A stretch of DNA of 5,923 nt, from positions 1 through 5,923 of the IMG/VR virus record IMGVR_UViG_3300045988_008125; one strand, written 5' to 3'. Position 1 is the stretch's first letter. The number at the start of each line of letters is the position of its first letter. The DNA comes from a virus. Both the position numbers and the translations under genes were made by a program. Under the pieces are notes generated by a model. The model was not told the DNA's origin. It did not search any database and saw only the letters and a program-made list of their open reading frames with translations. Positions 5,281 through 5,923 of the stretch are shown piece after piece.

Positions 5281-5331
5281 ATACGTGCGCACACGTGCGC
5301 GTGTACTTTTTCGCGCGTATGTGTGTGCGCG
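5281..5331. repeat. Two alternating purine-pyrimidine tracts (26 nt and 20 nt, CG/CA/TG-type) separated by T5. Z-DNA-prone. They contain the palindromes GTGCGCAC and CACGTG and a 10-bp direct repeat ACGTGCGC(A/G).
   Basis: 5281-5306 ATACGTGCGCACACGTGCGCGTGTAC alternates Pu/Py perfectly for 26 nt. 5312-5331 CGCGCGTATGTGTGTGCGCG alternates perfectly for 20 nt. Segment 5287-5294 (GCGCACAC) is complementary to 5323-5330 (GTGTGCGC). The tracts are GC-rich within AT-rich flanks. Confidence 0.7.
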
Positions 5332-5346
5332 ATTAGAATGATTAGT

Positions 5347-5408
5347 TAAATAGTAATAATTATCACTTTTCACGTGATAAATAGTAATAATTATCACTTT
5401 TCACGTGA
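5347..5408. repeat. Perfect 31-bp x2 tandem direct repeat (TAAATAGTAATAATTATCACTTTTCACGTGA). Each unit carries a CACGTG palindrome. The unit junction creates the inverted repeat GTGATAA-N10-TTATCAC.
   Basis: 5347-5377 is identical to 5378-5408. CACGTG occurs at 5371-5376 and 5402-5407. A third CACGTG lies at 5292-5297. GTGATAA (5374-5380) is the reverse complement of TTATCAC (5391-5397). The palindrome ATAATTAT lies inside each unit. Confidence 0.9.
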
Positions 5409-5422
5409 GATTAAACAATAAT

Positions 5423-5456
5423 AGCCCAGTACCTTACTTGATAGGTACTGGGCTAG
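5423..5456 (-). terminator. Intrinsic terminator-like hairpin 10 nt downstream of the Rep stop. It has a perfect 13-bp stem (5423-5435 / 5444-5456) and an 8-nt loop. On the coding strand it is followed by TTATTGTTTAATC.
   Basis: The coding strand reads TAA TTGGTGTCACC TAGCCCAGTACCT ATCAAGTA AGGTACTGGGCTA TTATTGTTTAATC. All 13 stem pairs are Watson-Crick. The downstream tract has 8 Ts in 13 nt. Its position at the end of the last gene of the operon fits an operon terminator. Confidence 0.5.
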
Positions 5457-5466
5457 GTGACACCAA

Positions 5467-5923
5467 TTATAAAATACCACGCTTTTTCGTTTGTTTTTTG
5501 ATGACACGTTCTTTTGTCTCTAGGACTGTCTTATAGTCTTGGTCCTCTAACTGTAGTCTCTTTTGTTCGATTGCGTTTTTTTGCCTGTTTTGCTTGATTC
5601 TCCATAGTCTTTCCGGGTTTTCTGCTTCCATCTGCTTTTCGTAGTATCTTGGAATCTGCGCTTGTTTTCCGTTTGTGCATTGAATGTATCCTTGCCGCCA
5701 GATTTCTGTTTTGTGCTCTTGATAGTAATGGTCTCCAAGACCCGGCTTTAGGCTCATGCAAGCAAAAGGCTTTGTTTGTCCTAATTCGTAGTACGCATTG
5801 GCTTTCTTTCCGTCTATCTCGTACATTTTTTTTGTAACATAGCCTGCAACATATCTATATGTTTCCGGAACGGCTTGTGCGATTTGTATTTGACCCATGC
5901 CCCACAATTTTTTCAGCCATTCG
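5467..5923 (-). CDS. VP4: Replication initiation protein VP4 (Rep), 3'/C-terminal portion. It continues from 662..1 across the circular junction. Positions 5825-5923 duplicate 1-99.
   Basis: It is in frame with the N-terminal part (5907 corresponds to position 83 of the unit, and 662-83 is divisible by 3). It contains the catalytic-Tyr motif [14 protein letters not shown], then a K/Q/E-rich C-terminal tail ending ...KKQTKKRGIL, with a TAA stop at 5467-5469. Confidence 0.9.
   Translation of the reverse strand, partial: EWLKKLWGMGQIQIAQAVPETYRYVAGYVTKKMYEIDGKKANAYYELGQTKPFACMSLKPGLGDHYYQEHKTEIWRQGYIQCTNGKQAQIPRYYEKQMEAENPERLWRIKQNRQKNAIEQKRLQLEDQDYKTVLETKERVIKKQTKKRGIL
5825..5923. repeat. 99-bp terminal redundancy: an exact copy of positions 1-99. 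This is an assembly overlap of a circular 5,824-bp genome, not a biological terminal repeat.
   Basis: 5825-5923 (ATTTTTTTTGTAACATAGCC...TTTTCAGCCATTCG) is identical base for base to 1-99. Circularising gives an uninterrupted 339-codon Rep ORF across the junction. Confidence 0.95.

Noticed and set aside
5117-5300. Full dif-like XerC/XerD recombination site (XerC arm, 6-bp spacer, XerD arm) as found in integrating Microviridae prophages
   Set aside because: Only fragments resemble dif: GTGCGCA versus the GGTGCGCATAA XerC arm, and TTGTTAAACT versus the TTATGTTAAAT XerD arm. They are about 170 bp apart and in no 11+6+11 arrangement. No imperfect-palindrome 28-mer could be aligned by eye. It is kept only as a weak sub-hypothesis in one finding.
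5531-5761. Basic overprinted ORFs inside the Rep 3' region (5531..5761, 76 aa; 5547..5738, 63 aa)
   Set aside because: They are alternative-frame images of the K/Q/E-rich Rep C-terminal tail and have no SDs. Low-complexity coding DNA commonly leaves alternate frames open. No independent support.
5825-5923. Terminal direct repeat as a biological LTR, ITR or mobile-element boundary
   Set aside because: It is an exact copy of positions 1-99, and the Rep reading frame runs straight through it. This is the signature of a circular genome linearised with overlap, not of terminal repeats.

Overview
The window holds a complete circular genome of a gokushovirus-like Microviridae phage (ssDNA microvirus), shown as the complement of the coding strand. 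The unit is 5,824 bp; window positions 5825-5923 repeat 1-99 exactly, so the linear contig is a terminally redundant read-around of a circle. Every credible gene is on the minus strand. They are tightly packed, mostly with overlapping stop/start codons and strong GGAGG-type Shine-Dalgarno sites. In descending coordinates the order is: 60-aa ORF, peptidase M15 lysin, 34-aa ORF, 81-aa ORF, 80-aa ORF, 131-aa acidic VP3-like scaffold candidate, VP1 major capsid (562 aa), VP2 pilot protein (271 aa), and the VP4 rolling-circle Rep (339 aa, split across the window ends). The six-frame ORFs on the plus strand are antisense artefacts. The most unusual part is a ~545-bp non-coding region between the Rep stop (5467) and the first small ORF (4909). 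Read from the Rep side, it contains: a perfect 13-bp-stem terminator hairpin; a perfect 31-bp x2 tandem duplication with CACGTG palindromes; two alternating purine-pyrimidine (Z-DNA-prone) tracts that are GC-rich in an otherwise AT-rich genome; an array of about 10 directly oriented TTCAACAW iterons in three clusters spaced at roughly one helical turn; a GC-rich multi-branched inverted-repeat structure; and an UP-element plus textbook TTGACA-N17-TATAAT promoter. A second perfect-consensus promoter lies just upstream of the lysin gene. Microviridae normally carry the replication origin inside the Rep gene and have minimal intergenic DNA. This iteron-rich control region and the adjacent module of four uncharacterised small ORFs are therefore the parts most worth follow-up.
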